Positions 38,732 to 48,520 of a stretch of DNA of 48,520 bases are shown in pieces. The stretch lies in IMG/VR virus record IMGVR_UViG_2711768004_000012. One strand, given 5' to 3'. Under the pieces are notes generated by a model. It was not told the DNA's origin. It ran no database searches and saw only the letters and a program-made list of their open reading frames with translations. The number at the start of each line of letters is the position of its first letter. Within the stretch, counting starts at the first letter, position 1. Origin of the DNA: a virus. Lineage: Duplodnaviria > Heunggongvirae > Uroviricota > Caudoviricetes. The translations under genes were made by a program, and so were the position numbers.

Positions 38732-39589
38732 TTACCCCCTGAAGCCTGGCGGGATCGCACTATCCGGTAACGAGACGGTGTTAACCTGTCGGAGTAACGT
38801 CTCAGGTCGAACACCTTTCGGCGCGAACAAGCCCTGGTATTCATTGGCGATGCTGTGTCGAATCACCTGCTCAGGTGAAAAACCCTGCTGGCGGAATTTT
38901 TCCAGCTCCCGTATCGCCCCGTTAGCGCCCTGCTCCGTTCGAATCGGTTTTCGCAATGCCTGGCGAAATTCAACCCACTCACGCCAAAGCGAGACAGAAA
39001 TCCAGTTCGGCAAAGCAATATCCAGAGGGTCAAACTTTTTGACACCTCGATTCCCCCGGGGGGGATTTAGGGGGGGATCTGTTTTTAGATCTTTATCTGT
39101 ATCTTTATTAGTTGCCTTTGTGTTGACATCATGTTCAAACACCACTTCAACATCTGTTTGAACACCTGTTAAATTTCTCTCTTGTTTTGTTTGAACATCT
39201 GCTTCCTTTCTGCTTCTTCTGGCCTGAACAGATGCTTTTCCTGCGGCTGATTTTTTGGTTAATTTTTCCCTGACTGATGCCAGATCTTCCTCAATCCGAA
39301 GATGCACCCATTCCTCGCCGTTATCGCAAAAAAACTCCTGCAAGGATGGTTCAACATCAGCCCATCGCTCGTTAGTCAGACGGGCAATTTTTGCCAGCCT
39401 GTTTTTAGGTATTGGCTTTCCTGTTTGCCAGTAATTGAACATCAGCAACAAATACGCACCATGCTCCTCTGCTGACAAATGCATGGTGTCAGCCAGGTAA
39501 TCAGCTATGTACAGTTGCATGTATGGTAATGCGGCCATAATTGCCCCGTATGATGCTGCCCGGTGGCTTAGAATAAGCACAAACAGCAT
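38732..39589 (-). CDS. Replication initiation protein (YdaU/DUF1376-like; start may be at MAALPYMQLY, 39538)
   Basis: ORF upstream of the DnaC-like gene; N-terminus MAALPYMQLYIADYLADTMHLSAEEHGAYLLLM is typical of DUF1376 phage replication proteins as I recall them. Confidence 0.55.
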   Translation of the reverse strand: MLFVLILSHRAASYGAIMAALPYMQLYIADYLADTMHLSAEEHGAYLLLMFNYWQTGKPIPKNRLAKIARLTNERWADVEPSLQEFFCDNGEEWVHLRIEEDLASVREKLTKKSAAGKASVQARRSRKEADVQTKQERNLTGVQTDVEVVFEHDVNTKATNKDTDKDLKTDPPLNPPRGNRGVKKFDPLDIALPNWISVSLWREWVEFRQALRKPIRTEQGANGAIRELEKFRQQGFSPEQVIRHSIANEYQGLFAPKGVRPETLLRQVNTVSLPDSAIPPGFRG

Positions 39590-39601
39590 GGAAACTTTTG
39601 C

Positions 39602-40024
39602 TTAATGAACAATGACAGAATCGTCGGAAGACCCGCCGCCGCTGAAATGCGCTTTCCGGTAAACGGCTTGGACTGCATCATCATGCGCATCAATTGCCGT
39701 ACTTAACGCTTCCTGCGCCGCCAGTAATGCACGGCGTTCCAGGGTATCGAAGATGCAGAGTCGGTGACGCAGCTCGCGCGGAAGGATTGCCAGAATTGCT
39801 GGGATCAGCTTCTGAATTTTTTCTCTTTGCGTTTTCGTTTCACCTTTCAACCAACGGTGATAGATATTCTGCTGATTATTCCAGTCCTTGCCTGGTACCA
39901 GGGGCAATTCGCCGCCCCCCTGGCGCAGATATTCTTCAGTAATGGCATTGGCTACCCATGCCTGCCCTTTTTCGGCTGCCAGGGCTAACAACACTGACTC
40001 GATGTGCTCATGCTTGATTTTCAT
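39602..40024 (-). CDS. YdaT-like protein (second gene of the cro-side operon)
   Basis: 140 aa ORF immediately downstream of the Cro-like gene with 4-nt overlap; Rac-type ydaS-ydaT arrangement. Confidence 0.55.
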   Translation of the reverse strand: MKIKHEHIESVLLALAAEKGQAWVANAITEEYLRQGGGELPLVPGKDWNNQQNIYHRWLKGETKTQREKIQKLIPAILAILPRELRHRLCIFDTLERRALLAAQEALSTAIDAHDDAVQAVYRKAHFSGGGSSDDSVIVH

Positions 40025-40275
40025 GAATCAACTCCCATCAGCTTTTTCGTAGTAGTTTTATTTCTGCCAATAGTTAAAATTACATCAGCAGAAAATAATC
40101 CGTTTGATGCATGAGCGATTTTTTCAGCGTAATTTGTTTCGCCGGTATATTCTGTGCGAGGCAATTTTCCGTTATCCATCCATTTGTAGATTGCTCTTTG
40201 GCTGACACCACAAACGTCGGCCACAACAGAAACGCGAACAGTTTTGATTACATCTTCAAGTGTTTTCTGGTTCAT
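40021..40275 (-). CDS. Cro-like HTH regulator (YdaS-like)
   Basis: 84 aa from MNQKTLEDVIKTVRVSVVADVCGVSQRAIYKWMDNGKLP (HTH); divergent from the repressor gene. Confidence 0.65.
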   Translation of the reverse strand: MNQKTLEDVIKTVRVSVVADVCGVSQRAIYKWMDNGKLPRTEYTGETNYAEKIAHASNGLFSADVILTIGRNKTTTKKLMGVDS

Positions 40276-40354
40276 ATCACCCTCACAATGTGAACTTTGA
40301 GTACATGCTATAACAGAACTGACAGTACATTCAAGAGTGAATATCATTGAACTT
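40276..40354. promoter_or_regulatory. Divergent promoter/operator region of the immunity switch
   Basis: 79-bp spacer between divergent HTH genes; contains three GAACT repeats (about 40292, 40316, 40349) and two GTACAT repeats. Confidence 0.5.
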
Positions 40355-40774
40355 ATGGTTCATGAAGATAAAGCGCGTAAAGAGTTCGCCAGTAGGCTTG
40401 CGCTAGCCTGTGAAAACGCTGGTTATGAACAACATGGAAGGCAGGCAGAAATTGCCCGTCGAATGAAATTAACACCAAAAGCGGTTAGCAAATGGTTTAA
40501 TGGCGAAACAATTCCTCGCCGAGAGAAATTAAGGGAATTAGCAACACTCATTGGAACAACACCAACCTATCTTTTGGGAGAGGATACAGAAGAAAGTGGA
40601 CAGGTACGTTTCTATCAGGAGTTAAATCCAAGACAAAAAATCATCATTGACCTTCTGGACGAGCTCCCTGACAGTGAGACAGATGAACTTTTAAAAACTC
40701 TTGAGGAGAAAAAACAGAAGTACAATGCAATTTACGAAGAGCTAGCACGAAAGAAAAAACAAAAAGCCTCTTAA
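40355..40774 (+). CDS. Prophage repressor, XRE-type HTH (RacR-like); alternative GTG start at 40337
   Basis: HTH segment GRQAEIARRMKLTPKAVSKWFNGETIP; divergent from the cro-like gene. Confidence 0.65.
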   Translation: MVHEDKARKEFASRLALACENAGYEQHGRQAEIARRMKLTPKAVSKWFNGETIPRREKLRELATLIGTTPTYLLGEDTEESGQVRFYQELNPRQKIIIDLLDELPDSETDELLKTLEEKKQKYNAIYEELARKKKQKAS

Positions 40775-41064
40775 ACCAGCATAAATCCGGTAGCGTCCCC
40801 CTCCGGGTTTGTGCTTCACTTTATCCCATCTCATTTTTTTACACACAAAATGTACTTATAGTACTTTACATCAATGAACACAAAGTACATTATATACCTA
40901 CCAACCCACCCCGCCCCACAGAACGCAGGGCAATACTTCGAGTTACCAGGCAGTGGTCAGGGGTTAAGTAGCCAGCCCGAGGCGTATGAACATGACGGCA
41001 GGGTTCAGATTTTGCAGTGCAGCAGGTTTCAGTTCCGCCACCCGGCGTTAAGGGGAGAGATAAG

Positions 41065-41199
41065 ATGGTGCATTACGAAGTAGTTCAGTATTTGATGGAT
41101 TGTTGCGGTATCACTTACAACCAGGCTGTGCAGGCTTTACGCAGCAACGACTGGGATCTCTGGCAGGCAGAAGTCGCTATACACAGCAACAAGATGTGA
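41065..41199 (+). CDS. Small protein (YdaF-like), 44 aa
   Basis: MVHYEVVQYLMDCCGITYNQAVQALRSNDWDLWQAEVAIHSNKM; position after the repressor as in Rac. Confidence 0.45.
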   Translation: MVHYEVVQYLMDCCGITYNQAVQALRSNDWDLWQAEVAIHSNKM

Positions 41200-41209
41200 G
41201 ATTCGCAAA

Positions 41210-41365
41210 ATGCAAAAAATCGACCTCGGCAACAACGAATCCCTGGTGTGCGGCGTGTTCCCCAACCAGGATGGAACGTTCACTGCCATGACGTATACCA
41301 AAAGCAAAACATTTAAAACCGAAACTGGTGCGCGCCGATGGTTGGAGAAGCACACAGTAAGCTAA
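41210..41365 (+). CDS. Small protein (YdaG-like), 51 aa
   Basis: Hand-translated MQKIDLGNNESLVCGVFPNQDGTFTAMTYTKSKTFKTETGARRWLEKHTVS; below ORF-track cut-off. Confidence 0.45.
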   Translation: MQKIDLGNNESLVCGVFPNQDGTFTAMTYTKSKTFKTETGARRWLEKHTVS

Positions 41366-41850
41366 CGATTAAAACGTCTACTCCTGCTGTTCCAGAATAA
41401 CTTCATAAAATGGGAGTATTTTTCGGTGACGAGATAATAAGAACAGTTTGCGCTATCACTCTGATGTTGAATGATGCCCTTCCGTTCTAATTTTTTCATA
41501 ACCGGGTTACGGCAAGGAGAAGTGATAATAAGATTTCCTGTTTTAAGGAAATCTTTAAATACAGCGATTTCTTTCTCAGATAAACGAAGCAATACTCGTT
41601 GCTCTGGTAGTAATGAATAATGCTTTTGAATATGTGCTCGCAATCTTGAGAAGGAAATGGCGACCACGAAAGAAAAGGCAAAAACGATAATCTGAAAGAG
41701 CCAAGGTATTTCAGTATAAGCATTGAATGCGACAGTAAACTCTTTCGGTATCAGCCAGAGAGTGAGACCAAAAATGATAATCGTATACATAAGTATTTCG
41801 AGTGGCTCGTTAGCAAAAAGTTTCAACAATGGAGTAAATACATCCAACAT
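41362..41850 (-). CDS. sieB: Superinfection exclusion protein B (SieB-like), 162 aa
   Basis: MLDVFTPLLKLFANEPLEILMYTIIIFGLTLWLIPKEF...: N-terminal TM helices, location in the immunity region on the opposite strand, size matches SieB. Confidence 0.65.
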   Translation of the reverse strand: MLDVFTPLLKLFANEPLEILMYTIIIFGLTLWLIPKEFTVAFNAYTEIPWLFQIIVFAFSFVVAISFSRLRAHIQKHYSLLPEQRVLLRLSEKEIAVFKDFLKTGNLIITSPCRNPVMKKLERKGIIQHQSDSANCSYYLVTEKYSHFMKLFWNSRSRRFNR

Positions 41851-42291
41851 ATCAATAACTCTCAACTGTAAGGGTATTGAAATGTTAACACAAGCTCTCG
41901 CTGTAGGGGTATAGCCGAGACCACCGAAGCCCGGAGGTGGTGAAATAAAACCGGGCACAACACGAAGGCGCATTTCCGATATCCATAAAGAGTCGGTCTT
42001 GTCTGTTAAATTTAAATGGTGGGAGTGCGCCTCCGGTTGTAAATAACGACATTGCTGTGTGTAGTCCTGGCGGCATCAGTTTTTTTCTTGAAGTTCGGCT
42101 GATGTCCGCCCTTTTTAAAGTGAATTTTGTGATGCGGTGAATGCGGCTAAGCGCACGTGGCACAGTTAAAAGTCATGTTAGTCCTTATTGGTTTGGGTGG
42201 GAAAGCCGACTGTAATTGTTAACTGGTTGCAGTCACCTGGAGGCACCAGGCACCGCATCAACAAAGTTCATTTGTAAAAATGGAGATAATT

Positions 42292-42513
42292 ATGATTGCA
42301 CATCACTTCGGAACTGATGAAATACCACGTCAGTGTGTGACTCCTGGCGATTATGTTCTTCATGAAGGCCGGACATATATTGCCTCGGCAAACAATATTA
42401 AAAAGCGAAAACTATATATTCGTAACCTGACCACAAAAACATGCATTACTGACCGCATGATTAAAGTCTTCCTCGGTCGTGATGGTTTACCTGTAAAGGC
42501 GGAGTCATGGTGA
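42292..42513 (+). CDS. kilR: Killing protein KilR (FtsZ inhibitor), 73 aa
   Basis: [46 protein letters not shown]..., matches my recollection of Rac KilR; first gene of the left operon. Confidence 0.75.
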   Translation: MIAHHFGTDEIPRQCVTPGDYVLHEGRTYIASANNIKKRKLYIRNLTTKTCITDRMIKVFLGRDGLPVKAESW

Positions 42514-42683
42514 TGACTAAGAAAATAAAATGTGCTTACCACCTTTGCAAAAAAGACGTTGAAGAAAGCAAAGCTATTGAAAGAATGCTTCACTTCATGC
42601 ACGGGATTTTATCAAAAGACGAACCGAGAAAATATTGCAGTGAAGCTTGTGCCGAAAAAGACCAGATGGCACATGAACTTTAA
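42513..42683 (+). CDS. ydaE: YdaE-like small Zn-binding protein (56 aa)
   Basis: Hand-translated [56 protein letters not shown]; TGATG overlap with the kilR stop. Confidence 0.65.
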   Translation: MTKKIKCAYHLCKKDVEESKAIERMLHFMHGILSKDEPRKYCSEACAEKDQMAHEL

Positions 42684-42757
42684 TTAATTGACTATTCGAA
42701 ACTGAATTTATGCCAGAAATGGCAGGTATTCGCTCAACCTTAATTAAGGAGAAAAAC

Positions 42758-43033
42758 ATGATTACCAATTATGAAGCCACTGTTGTAACTACCGATGACA
42801 TTGTTCACGAGGTGAATCTGGAAGGAAAGCGCATTGGCTACGTAATTAAAACAGAAAATAAAGAAACCCCATTCACTGTGGTTGATATCGATGGTCCATC
42901 AGGCAACGTAAAAACACTTGATGAAGGTGTCAAAAAAATGTGCCTGGTGCATATCGGAAAGAATCTGCCCGCAGAAAAAAAAGCCGAATTTCTGGCAACT
43001 CTAATTGCAATGAAATTAAAAGGTGAAATCTGA
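42758..43033 (+). CDS. racC: RacC-like protein (91 aa)
   Basis: MITNYEATVVTTDDIVHEVNLEGKRIGYVIKTENKETPF...; upstream of recE as in Rac. Confidence 0.7.
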   Translation: MITNYEATVVTTDDIVHEVNLEGKRIGYVIKTENKETPFTVVDIDGPSGNVKTLDEGVKKMCLVHIGKNLPAEKKAEFLATLIAMKLKGEI

Positions 43034-43134
43034 AAGAAATAGCCTGCGTATGGCGCAGGCTATGAACAGTGTGTATCCGGCAAGATCATTCACTGAACAA
43101 AACGAATTTTAATCTGAGTTGAGGTTAAAAAACA

Positions 43135-45735
43135 ATGAGCACAAAACCACTCTTCCTGTTACGGAAAGCGAAAAAATCATCCGGTGAACCTGACGTCGTC
43201 CTGTGGGCAAGCAACGATTTTGAATCGACCTGTGCCACTCTGGACTACCTGATCGTTAAGTCAGGTAAAAAACTGAGCAGCTATTTTAAAGCTGTTGCCA
43301 CGAATTTTCCTGTCGTTAATGACCTGCCCGCTGAAGGTGAGATCGATTTTACCTGGAGTGAACGCTATCAACTCAGCAAAGACTCCATGACATGGGAACT
43401 AAAACCGGGAGCAGCACCAGACAACGCTCACTATCAAGGCAATACCAACGTCAACGGCGAAGACATGCCTGAGATTGAGGAGAATATGCTACTCCCAATT
43501 TCTGGCCAGGAACTGCCCATTCGTTGGCTTGCTCAACACGGCAGCGAAAAACCGGTAACGCACGTTTCACGCGACGGACTCCAGGCATTACACATTGCTC
43601 GGGCTGAAGAACTACCGGCTGTTACTGCCCTGGCTGTTTCCCACAAAACCAGCCTGCTCGACCCGCTGGAAATTCGCGAACTCCACAAACTGGTTCGTGA
43701 CACTGACAAAGTTTTCCCTAATCCTGGTAATTCAAACCTGGGACTGATAACTGCTTTTTTCGAAGCATACCTGAACGCTGACTACACCGATCGAGGACTG
43801 CTGACAAAAGAGTGGATGAAGGGTAATCGTGTTTCACACATCACTCGCACGGCTTCCGGTGCTAATGCTGGCGGCGGAAACCTCACCGATCGCGGCGAAG
43901 GTTTCGTACACGATCTGACGTCACTGGCGCGGGACGTAGCCACTGGCGTACTGGCCCGTTCAATGGATCTGGACATCTATAACCTTCATCCGGCACACGC
44001 TAAACGCATTGAGGAAATTATCGCTGAAAATAAACCGCCCTTTTCTGTTTTCCGCGACAAATTCATCACCATGCCTGGCGGGCTGGATTATTCCCGCGCC
44101 ATCGTGGTTGCGTCCGTAAAAGAAGCACCAATTGGGATCGAGGTCATCCCCGCGCACGTCACTGAATATCTGAACAAAGTACTGACTGAAACCGATCATG
44201 CCAACCCTGATCCGGAAATCGTGGATATTGCCTGCGGTCGCTCCTCTGCCCCGATGCCGCAGCGAGTAACAGAAGAAGGAAAACAGGATGATGAAGAAAA
44301 ACCGCAACCATCTGGAACAACGGCAGTTGAACAGGGAGAGGCTGAAACAATGGAACCGGACGCAACTGAACATCATCAGGACACGCAGCCGCTGGATGCT
44401 CAGTCACAGGTAAATTCTGTTGATGCGAAATATCAGGAACTGCGGGCAGAACTCCATGAAGCCCGGAAAAACATTCCATCAAAAAATCCTGTCGATGCCG
44501 ATAAATTGCTTGCTGCATCACGTGGTGAATTTGTTGACGGAATTAGCGACCCGAACGATCCGAAATGGGTAAAGGGGATCCAGACTCGCGATTGTGTGTA
44601 CCAGAACCAGCCAGAAACGGAAAAAACCAGCCCGGATATGAATCAACCTGAGCCAGTAGTGCAACAGGAACCGGAAATAGCCTGCAATGCCTGCGGCCAG
44701 ACTGGCGGGGATAACTGCCCTGACTGTGGTGCGGTGATGGGCGACGCAACATACCAGGAAACATTCGATGAAGAGAGTCAGGTTGAAGCTAAGGAAAATG
44801 ATCCGGAGGAAATGGAAGGCGCTGAACATCCGCACAATGAGAATGCTGGCAGCGATCCGCATCGCGATTGCAGTGATGAAACTGGCGAAGTCGCAGATCC
44901 CGTAATCGTAGAAGACATAGAGCCAGGTATTTATTACGGAATTTCGAATGAGAATTACCACGCGGGTCCCGGTGTCAGTAAGTCTCAGCTCGATGACATT
45001 GCTGATACTCCGGCACTGTATTTGTGGCGTAAAAATGCCCCCGTGGACACCACAAAGACAAAAACGCTCGATTTAGGAACCGCTTTCCACTGCCGGGTAC
45101 TTGAGCCGGAAGAATTCAGTAACCGCTTTATCGTAGCACCTGAATTTAACCGCCGGACAAACTCCGGAAAAGAAGAAGAGAAAGCGTTTCTGAGGGAATG
45201 CGCAAGCACAGGAAAAACGGTTATCACTGCCGAAGAAGGCCGGAAAATTGAACTCATGTATCAGAGCGTTATGGCTTTGCCGCTGGGGCAATGGCTTGTT
45301 GAAAGCGCCGGACACGCTGAATCATCAATTTACTGGGAAGATCCTGAAACAGCAATTTTGTGTCGGTGCCGTCCGGACAAAATTATCCCTGAATTTCACT
45401 GGATCATGGACGTGAAAACTACGGCGGATATTCAACGATTCAAAACCGCTTATTACGACTACCGCTATCACGTTCAGGATGCATTCTACAGTGACGGTTA
45501 TGAAGCACAGTTTGGAGTGCAGCCAACTTTCGTTTTTCTGGTTGCCAGCACAACTATTGAATGCGGACGTTATCCGGTTGAAATTTTCATGATGGGCGAA
45601 GAAGCAAAACTGGCAGGTCAGCTGGAATATCACCGCAATCTGCGAACCCTGGCTGACTGCCTCAATACCGATGAATGGCCAGCTATTAAGACGTTATCAC
45701 TGCCCCGCTGGGCTAAGGAATATGCAAATGACTAA
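43135..45735 (+). CDS. recE: Exodeoxyribonuclease VIII (RecE), full length 866 aa
   Basis: [42 protein letters not shown]... and C-terminal nuclease domain ...[11 protein letters not shown]...; length and sequence match RecE as I recall it. Confidence 0.9.
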   Translation: MSTKPLFLLRKAKKSSGEPDVVLWASNDFESTCATLDYLIVKSGKKLSSYFKAVATNFPVVNDLPAEGEIDFTWSERYQLSKDSMTWELKPGAAPDNAHYQGNTNVNGEDMPEIEENMLLPISGQELPIRWLAQHGSEKPVTHVSRDGLQALHIARAEELPAVTALAVSHKTSLLDPLEIRELHKLVRDTDKVFPNPGNSNLGLITAFFEAYLNADYTDRGLLTKEWMKGNRVSHITRTASGANAGGGNLTDRGEGFVHDLTSLARDVATGVLARSMDLDIYNLHPAHAKRIEEIIAENKPPFSVFRDKFITMPGGLDYSRAIVVASVKEAPIGIEVIPAHVTEYLNKVLTETDHANPDPEIVDIACGRSSAPMPQRVTEEGKQDDEEKPQPSGTTAVEQGEAETMEPDATEHHQDTQPLDAQSQVNSVDAKYQELRAELHEARKNIPSKNPVDADKLLAASRGEFVDGISDPNDPKWVKGIQTRDCVYQNQPETEKTSPDMNQPEPVVQQEPEIACNACGQTGGDNCPDCGAVMGDATYQETFDEESQVEAKENDPEEMEGAEHPHNENAGSDPHRDCSDETGEVADPVIVEDIEPGIYYGISNENYHAGPGVSKSQLDDIADTPALYLWRKNAPVDTTKTKTLDLGTAFHCRVLEPEEFSNRFIVAPEFNRRTNSGKEEEKAFLRECASTGKTVITAEEGRKIELMYQSVMALPLGQWLVESAGHAESSIYWEDPETAILCRCRPDKIIPEFHWIMDVKTTADIQRFKTAYYDYRYHVQDAFYSDGYEAQFGVQPTFVFLVASTTIECGRYPVEIFMMGEEAKLAGQLEYHRNLRTLADCLNTDEWPAIKTLSLPRWAKEYAND

Positions 45736-46537
45736 GCAACCACCAATCGCAAAAGCCGATCTGCAAAAAACTCAGGGAAACCGTGCACCAGCAGCAATTA
45801 AAAATAACGACGTGATTAGTTTTATTAACCAGCCATCAATGAAAGAGCAACTGGCAGCAGCTCTTCCACGCCATATGACGGCTGAACGTATGATCCGTAT
45901 CGCCACCACAGAAATTCGTAAAGTTCCGGCGTTAGGAAACTGTGACACTATGAGTTTTGTCAGTGCAATCGTACAGTGTTCACAGCTCGGACTTGAGCCC
46001 GGTAGCGCCCTCGGTCATGCATATTTACTGCCTTTTGGTAATAAAAACGAAAAGAGCGGTAAAAAAAACGTTCAGCTAATCATTGGCTATCGCGGCATGA
46101 TTGATCTGGCTCGCCGTTCAGGTCAAATCGCCAGCCTGTCAGCCCGTGTTGTCCGTGAAGGTGACGAGTTTAATTTCGAATTTGGCCTTGATGAAAAGTT
46201 AATACACCGCCCAGGAGAAAACGAAGATGCCCCTGTTACCCACGTCTATGCTGTCGCAAGACTGAAAGACGGAGGTACTCAGTTTGAAGTTATGACGCGC
46301 AAACAGATTGAGCTGGTGCGCAGCCAGAGTAAAGCTGGTAATAACGGGCCGTGGGTAACTCACTGGGAAGAAATGGCAAAGAAAACGGCTATTCGTCGCC
46401 TGTTCAAATATCTGCCCGTATCAATTGAGATCCAGCGTGCAGTATCAATGGATGAAAAGGAACCACTGACAATCGATCCTGCAGATTCCTCTGTATTAAC
46501 CGGGGAATACAGTGTAATCGATAATTCAGAGGAATAA
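45728..46537 (+). CDS. recT: Recombinase / single-strand annealing protein RecT (269 aa)
   Basis: [59 protein letters not shown]...; overlaps the recE stop (ATGACTAA). Confidence 0.9.
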   Translation: MTKQPPIAKADLQKTQGNRAPAAIKNNDVISFINQPSMKEQLAAALPRHMTAERMIRIATTEIRKVPALGNCDTMSFVSAIVQCSQLGLEPGSALGHAYLLPFGNKNEKSGKKNVQLIIGYRGMIDLARRSGQIASLSARVVREGDEFNFEFGLDEKLIHRPGENEDAPVTHVYAVARLKDGGTQFEVMTRKQIELVRSQSKAGNNGPWVTHWEEMAKKTAIRRLFKYLPVSIEIQRAVSMDEKEPLTIDPADSSVLTGEYSVIDNSEE

Positions 46538-46592
46538 TTCAGCCTGGCGGTGTAATGCACCGCCAACTTGAAATATTTTTATGAGAAAAATT

Positions 46593-46742
46593 ATGAGATA
46601 TGACAATGTTAAACCATGTCCATTTTGTGGTTGTCCATCAGTAACGGTGAAAGCCATTTCAGGATATTACCGAGCGAAGTGTAACGGATGCGAATCCCGA
46701 ACCGGTTATGGTGGAAGTGAAAAAGAAGCACTCGAACGATGA
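46593..46742 (+). CDS. ralR: Restriction alleviation protein RalR/Lar-like (49 codons to an in-frame TGA; see findings)
   Basis: MRYDNVKPCPFCGCPSVTVKAISGYYRAKCNGCESRTGYGGSEKEALER-TGA; Cys4 zinc-ribbon; an in-frame ATG also lies 12 nt upstream (46581). Confidence 0.6.
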   Translation: MRYDNVKPCPFCGCPSVTVKAISGYYRAKCNGCESRTGYGGSEKEALER

Positions 46743-46779
46743 AATAAACGAACCACTGGAAATAATAATGGAGGTGTTC

Positions 46780-46968
46780 ATGTATAAAATTACCGCCACT
46801 ATTGAAAAGGAAGGTGGCACTCCTACTAACTGGACAAGATATTCAAAATCTAAACTAACGAAATCAGAATGCGAAAAAATGCTCTCAGGTAAAAAAGAAG
46901 CAGGCGTTTCCAGAGAGCAGAAAGTAAAACTGATAAATTTTAATTGCGAGAAACTTCAGTCCTCGTGA
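46780..46968 (+). CDS. ydaC: YdaC-like small protein (start may be at 46768, MEVFMYK)
   Basis: MYKITATIEKEGGTPTNWTRYSKSKLTKSECEKMLSGKKEAGVSREQKVKLINFNCEKLQSS; between ralR and xis as in Rac. Confidence 0.55.
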   Translation: MYKITATIEKEGGTPTNWTRYSKSKLTKSECEKMLSGKKEAGVSREQKVKLINFNCEKLQSS

Positions 46969-47067
46969 ATTGCATTGTATTCAAATTAAAACTTCATAGC
47001 TGATTATTAATAATCAACATCGGGCGTCAATTTAAGTCTAACATTGGCGCCTGCCAGAGGTGATGCG

Positions 47068-47283
47068 ATGGCACAAGTAATCTTTAATGAAGAGTGGATG
47101 GTTGAATACGGCCTGATGCTTCGCACTGGTCTGGGGGCCAGACAAATTGAAGCATACCGCCAGAACTGTTGGGTGGAAGGCTTCCACTTCAAACGAGTAT
47201 CTCCTTTAGGGAAGCCAGACAGTAAGCGAGGGATTATCTGGTATAACTATCCAAAGATAAATCAGTTTATCAAAGACTCATGA
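47068..47283 (+). CDS. xisR: Excisionase (Xis; YdaQ-like)
   Basis: [43 protein letters not shown]...; immediately upstream of int with 1-nt spacing. Confidence 0.7.
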   Translation: MAQVIFNEEWMVEYGLMLRTGLGARQIEAYRQNCWVEGFHFKRVSPLGKPDSKRGIIWYNYPKINQFIKDS

Positions 47284-47284
47284 T

Positions 47285-48520
47285 ATGTCTAAATTACCAA
47301 CAGGTGTCGAGATTCGAGGTAAATACATTCGCATCTGGTTCATGTTTCGAGGAAAACGATGTCGGGAAACATTGAAAGGCTGGGAGGTTACTAACAGTAA
47401 CATTAAAAAAGCCGGGAATTTAAGAGCGTTGATAGTTCATGAAATCAATTCCGGTGAGTTTGAGTATTTAAGACGTTTTCCCCAGTCCAGCACTGGGGCA
47501 AAAATGGTGACAACGAGGGTCATAAAAACGTTCGGGGAGCTTTGTGATATCTGGACAAAAATTAAAGAAACAGAGTTAACAACAAACACAATGAAGAAAA
47601 CGAAATCACAATTAAAAACACTCAGGATAATAATTTGTGAGAGTACTCCGATATCGCATATTCGTTATAGCGATATCTTAAACTACCGGAATGAACTGCT
47701 GCATGGAGAAACGCTTTACCTGGATAATCCAAGATCCAACAAAAAAGGAAGAACCGTGCGCACAGTTGATAACTATATCGCCCTGCTCTGTTCGTTGTTA
47801 CGTTTTGCGTATCAGTCGGGATTTATATCAACCAAACCATTTGAAGGAGTAAAGAAATTACAGAGAAACAGAATAAAGCCTGACCCGTTATCTAAAACAG
47901 AATTCAATGCATTAATGGAAAGTGAAAAAGGACAGAGCCAGAACTTGTGGAAATTTGCCGTATACTCCGGGCTTCGTCACGGGGAACTGGCTGCTCTGGC
48001 GTGGGAGGATGTGGATTTCGAGAAGGGAGTTGTGAATGTCAGAAGAAACCTGACGATACTGGATATGTTCGGTCCCCCAAAAACAAATGCGGGGATCCGG
48101 ACGGTAACACTACTGCAGCCTGCTCTTGAAGCACTGAAGGAGCAATACAAACTGACCGGGCATCATCGCAAAAGCGAAATCACTTTTTATCATCGGGAGT
48201 ACGGCAGAACCGAAAAGCAAAAACTGCATTTTGTTTTCATGCCCAGAGTGTGTAACGGAAAACAGAAACCTTATTACTCGGTAAGCAGTTTGGGTGCGAG
48301 ATGGAATGCAGCAGTAAAACGTGCTGGTATTCGCCGCCGTAATCCGTACCATACGCGGCATACTTTTGCCTGCTGGCTGTTGACGGCAGGAGCGAACCCG
48401 GCGTTTATAGCCAGCCAGATGGGGCATGAAACTGCGCAGATGGTGTATGAAATTTACGGTATGTGGATTGATGACATGAACGACGAACAGGTAGCCATGT
48501 TGAATGCGCGGTTATCGTAG
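47285..48520 (+). CDS. intR: Tyrosine integrase (IntR-like), 411 aa; stop at the last three bases of the window
   Basis: N-terminus MSKLPTGVEIRGKYIRIWFMFRGKRCRETLKG; C-terminal catalytic region with ...RHTFACWLLTAGANPAFIASQMGHETAQMVYEIYGMW... (R...HxxR...Y tyrosine recombinase signature). Confidence 0.9.
   Translation: MSKLPTGVEIRGKYIRIWFMFRGKRCRETLKGWEVTNSNIKKAGNLRALIVHEINSGEFEYLRRFPQSSTGAKMVTTRVIKTFGELCDIWTKIKETELTTNTMKKTKSQLKTLRIIICESTPISHIRYSDILNYRNELLHGETLYLDNPRSNKKGRTVRTVDNYIALLCSLLRFAYQSGFISTKPFEGVKKLQRNRIKPDPLSKTEFNALMESEKGQSQNLWKFAVYSGLRHGELAALAWEDVDFEKGVVNVRRNLTILDMFGPPKTNAGIRTVTLLQPALEALKEQYKLTGHHRKSEITFYHREYGRTEKQKLHFVFMPRVCNGKQKPYYSVSSLGARWNAAVKRAGIRRRNPYHTRHTFACWLLTAGANPAFIASQMGHETAQMVYEIYGMWIDDMNDEQVAMLNARLS

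Larger units (their letters stand above)
1..48520. mobile_element. Lambdoid (Rac-like) prophage; the window lies entirely within it, with the integrase at the right edge
   Basis: Continuous lambdoid gene order (int/xis, recET, immunity, replication, nin/Q, lysis, terminase, head, tail, tail fibres); many proteins match my recollection of Rac prophage proteins (RecE, RecT, KilR, RacC, YdaE, SieB, TrkG, IntR). Confidence 0.85.

Noticed and set aside
41885-42163. 92-aa minus-strand ORF between sieB and kilR
   Set aside because: Lies in the expected pL-like promoter region, has no recognisable features and partly overlaps the sieB start; probably non-coding regulatory DNA.
43782-45633. Several minus-strand ORFs inside recE (43782-43976, 43960-44376, 44159-44521, 44518-44961, 44985-45257, 45073-45315, 45325-45633)
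   Set aside because: All are antisense to the full-length recE ORF, which matches RecE; antisense frames lack start and RBS context.
1-48520. CRISPR arrays, IS elements/transposases, rRNA genes
   Set aside because: No regularly spaced direct repeats with unique spacers, no transposase-like ORF with terminal inverted repeats, and no rRNA-like sequence were seen; the only clear direct repeat is the in-frame stf duplication.

Overview
The whole 48.5 kb window lies inside one lambdoid (Rac-like) E. coli-type prophage and reads like an intact phage, not a decayed remnant. From right to left: integrase/excisionase (+ strand, at the right edge), the early-left recombination operon (ralR, recT, recE, racC, ydaE, kilR), sieB, a divergent RacR-like repressor / YdaS-like Cro switch, a replication module (YdaT/YdaU/DnaC-like/YdaW-like), an AT-rich accessory island of about 4 kb, nin-type genes, a Q-like antiterminator with a downstream intrinsic terminator, two lipoprotein morons, a phage-21-type lysis cassette (holin, SAR-endolysin, Rz/Rz1), a trkG-like K+ transporter moron, a ParB-like nuclease, then terminase, portal, head, connector, tail tube, chaperone with -1 frameshift, tape measure, and lambda-like M/L/K/I/J, lom, stf and tfa. 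Almost every gene except the left-arm operon and the repressor is on the minus strand. Five runs of N (2954-3267, 3909-4491, 6698-7073, 8591-8678, 28263-28512) mask parts of stf, lom/J, J, K/I and R/Rz; they do not preserve reading frame, so coordinates there are approximate. The two strongest candidates for something undescribed are (1) a tandem pair of lipoproteins whose mature domains closely resemble TolA C-terminal domain III, sitting in the stx-equivalent moron site between the Q-dependent terminator and the holin, and (2) an AT-rich two-gene cassette (a protein with an R-N-x3-H HEPN-like motif followed by a protein with a GNAT-like C-terminus) next to a YeaR-like moron with a near-consensus NsrR-type operator. 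All homology calls are from reading the translations by eye and recalled family knowledge; no database search was run.
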